A DNA stretch of 64,000 nt. Origin: Tortispora ganteri (lineage: Eukaryota). Under the pieces are notes generated by a model, which did not search any database, had not been told where the DNA came from, and saw only the letters and a program-made list of their open reading frames with translations. The position numbers and the translations under genes are program-made. Below, in pieces: positions 62,931-64,000 of this stretch. Location: contig PPNB01000013.1 of the NCBI GenBank assembly GCA_003707115.1, forward strand, positions 62,001-126,000, given 5' to 3'. Each line of letters begins with the position of its first letter. The stretch's first letter is position 1.

Positions 62931-63024
62931 GTCGAAATTTGGGTTCTACAAACCGTGTAGTATACATTACATATACAGAGCCCACAACAACACCGAGTAT
63001 AAAAATATTAGAATTCATTATTTA

Positions 63025-64000
63025 TCACTCAAACACTTCGCATACTAGTTGCGTAAGCATCTCATCTTCACCACGCGCTACCAACTTCACGGAAACACCC
63101 CGTGCCGCAGAGTGCACAAATCGTGCAACGACTGCAATACTTCCCCCTTCTAACGTCCGCGCAAATCCCTTCAGCGTATGTGAAGCAGGCTCCGTAACAT
63201 GATCAGTGCCTCCAATCGCCTGGATAGATAACAACTTCAACAGCGCTTGCACTCCTTCCTCTATAGTTGGCACATCAAGTGCATACGTAGCACTCGCCTC
63301 GTTGCCTAGCTCGTCCCAGGTGTGGTCAAAGTTTCCATTAAATGCAGGAATCAAATAGTCGCCGATTGACAGCTCAAAGTTTTCGATTTCATACTGGTCC
63401 AAGAACCCTTCTCCAACTTCGCCCGTAGACGGATCGATCTCTTTCGACTCGAACTTCAAGACGGTCTCGAACGACATAAACAGATCCTCCGGTCGCTCAA
63501 ACGCAACGTAAATAGTGCCCTCCGAGTTCGGCTTTAGTTCAGGCAAAGCAACAACAAATTCTTCATTCAGGTCTTCACTAGGCGTCACCATGGCTGTCAC
63601 ATCCGCGAGAACTGTGTCCGGAAGCGTGTTGCTGACATCATATTGCAACACAATGTGCTTTTCAAATATATGCTTGTATCCAGTAACAACATATTCGGTT
63701 TCTCGTTCGGTAAGTTCAACTGCAGAAGACGTATGCAAAACCTTTCCAAGCTCGCGAATTTCTTCAATAGCCGCAAGTTTTTCAGTTATTGCACTAGCAG
63801 TTTCTTGTTCTTTCTCGGCCGCTGATGTAATTTGAGTAACGTCTTCGTCAACAGATTTGGTAGCTTTTTGCATCGCTTGCAACATCTCAGCATTCTCTTG
63901 CTCCTTGGTAAACGTCGGAACAACAGAAAAGTCAAACGGTTTCTCAAAATTGTTAGCAGTGACATATCGAACCAGCTCTTGCTCCAACGCACTTAAACTA
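63025..64000 (-). CDS. SEC21: Coatomer gamma subunit, C-terminal part (5' end lies outside the window)
   Basis: PFD.S.VP, ELTE.ETEYVV...KHIF..HIVLQY.V.NTL, LKF.SKEIDP.TGE..EG..D.Y.IE: gamma-COP appendage domain. Confidence 0.9.
   Translation of the reverse strand, partial: SLSALEQELVRYVTANNFEKPFDFSVVPTFTKEQENAEMLQAMQKATKSVDEDVTQITSAAEKEQETASAITEKLAAIEEIRELGKVLHTSSAVELTERETEYVVTGYKHIFEKHIVLQYDVSNTLPDTVLADVTAMVTPSEDLNEEFVVALPELKPNSEGTIYVAFERPEDLFMSFETVLKFESKEIDPSTGEVGEGFLDQYEIENFELSIGDYLIPAFNGNFDHTWDELGNEASATYALDVPTIEEGVQALLKLLSIQAIGGTDHVTEPASHTLKGFARTLEGGSIAVVARFVHSAARGVSVKLVARGEDEMLTQLVCEVFE

Overview
Gene-dense genomic window from an intron-poor ascomycete yeast. A compact early-branching Saccharomycotina genome is inferred from gene content, packing and intron style. 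It appears to use the standard code: a CTG falls at a conserved Leu of Rps30. About 36 protein-coding genes are supported, mostly housekeeping: RAD14, HSF1, RAD57, a MINDY DUB, GPI19, FAR8, PHO88, ARC18, RFC3, DYS1, SNT1, a PIR protein, YSH1, GCD1, SPT20, HSK3, FMP46, RPS30, NUP53, TYW3, an AreA/GAT1 GATA factor, IME2, HRR25, PLP2, RRP40 and a partial SEC21. There is one intron-containing tRNA-Asn(GTT). Three spliced genes were missed or mis-started by the ORF track: RPS30, HRR25 and a 105-aa orphan. The most unusual element is a signal-peptide CREG/split-barrel protein (34876-36603) fused to 15 tandem 20-aa His/Met/Tyr-rich repeats, most of which contain a KK dibasic pair. Other points of interest are a ZrfC-type Zn transporter with an expanded His/acidic minisatellite, a Bim1/X325-like GPI protein with an atypical N-terminus, an identical 6-nt branchpoint-to-acceptor spacing in all three introns, and several recurrent promoter motifs. 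No CRISPR array or recognisable transposon was seen. All gene names come from motif recognition, not database searches.
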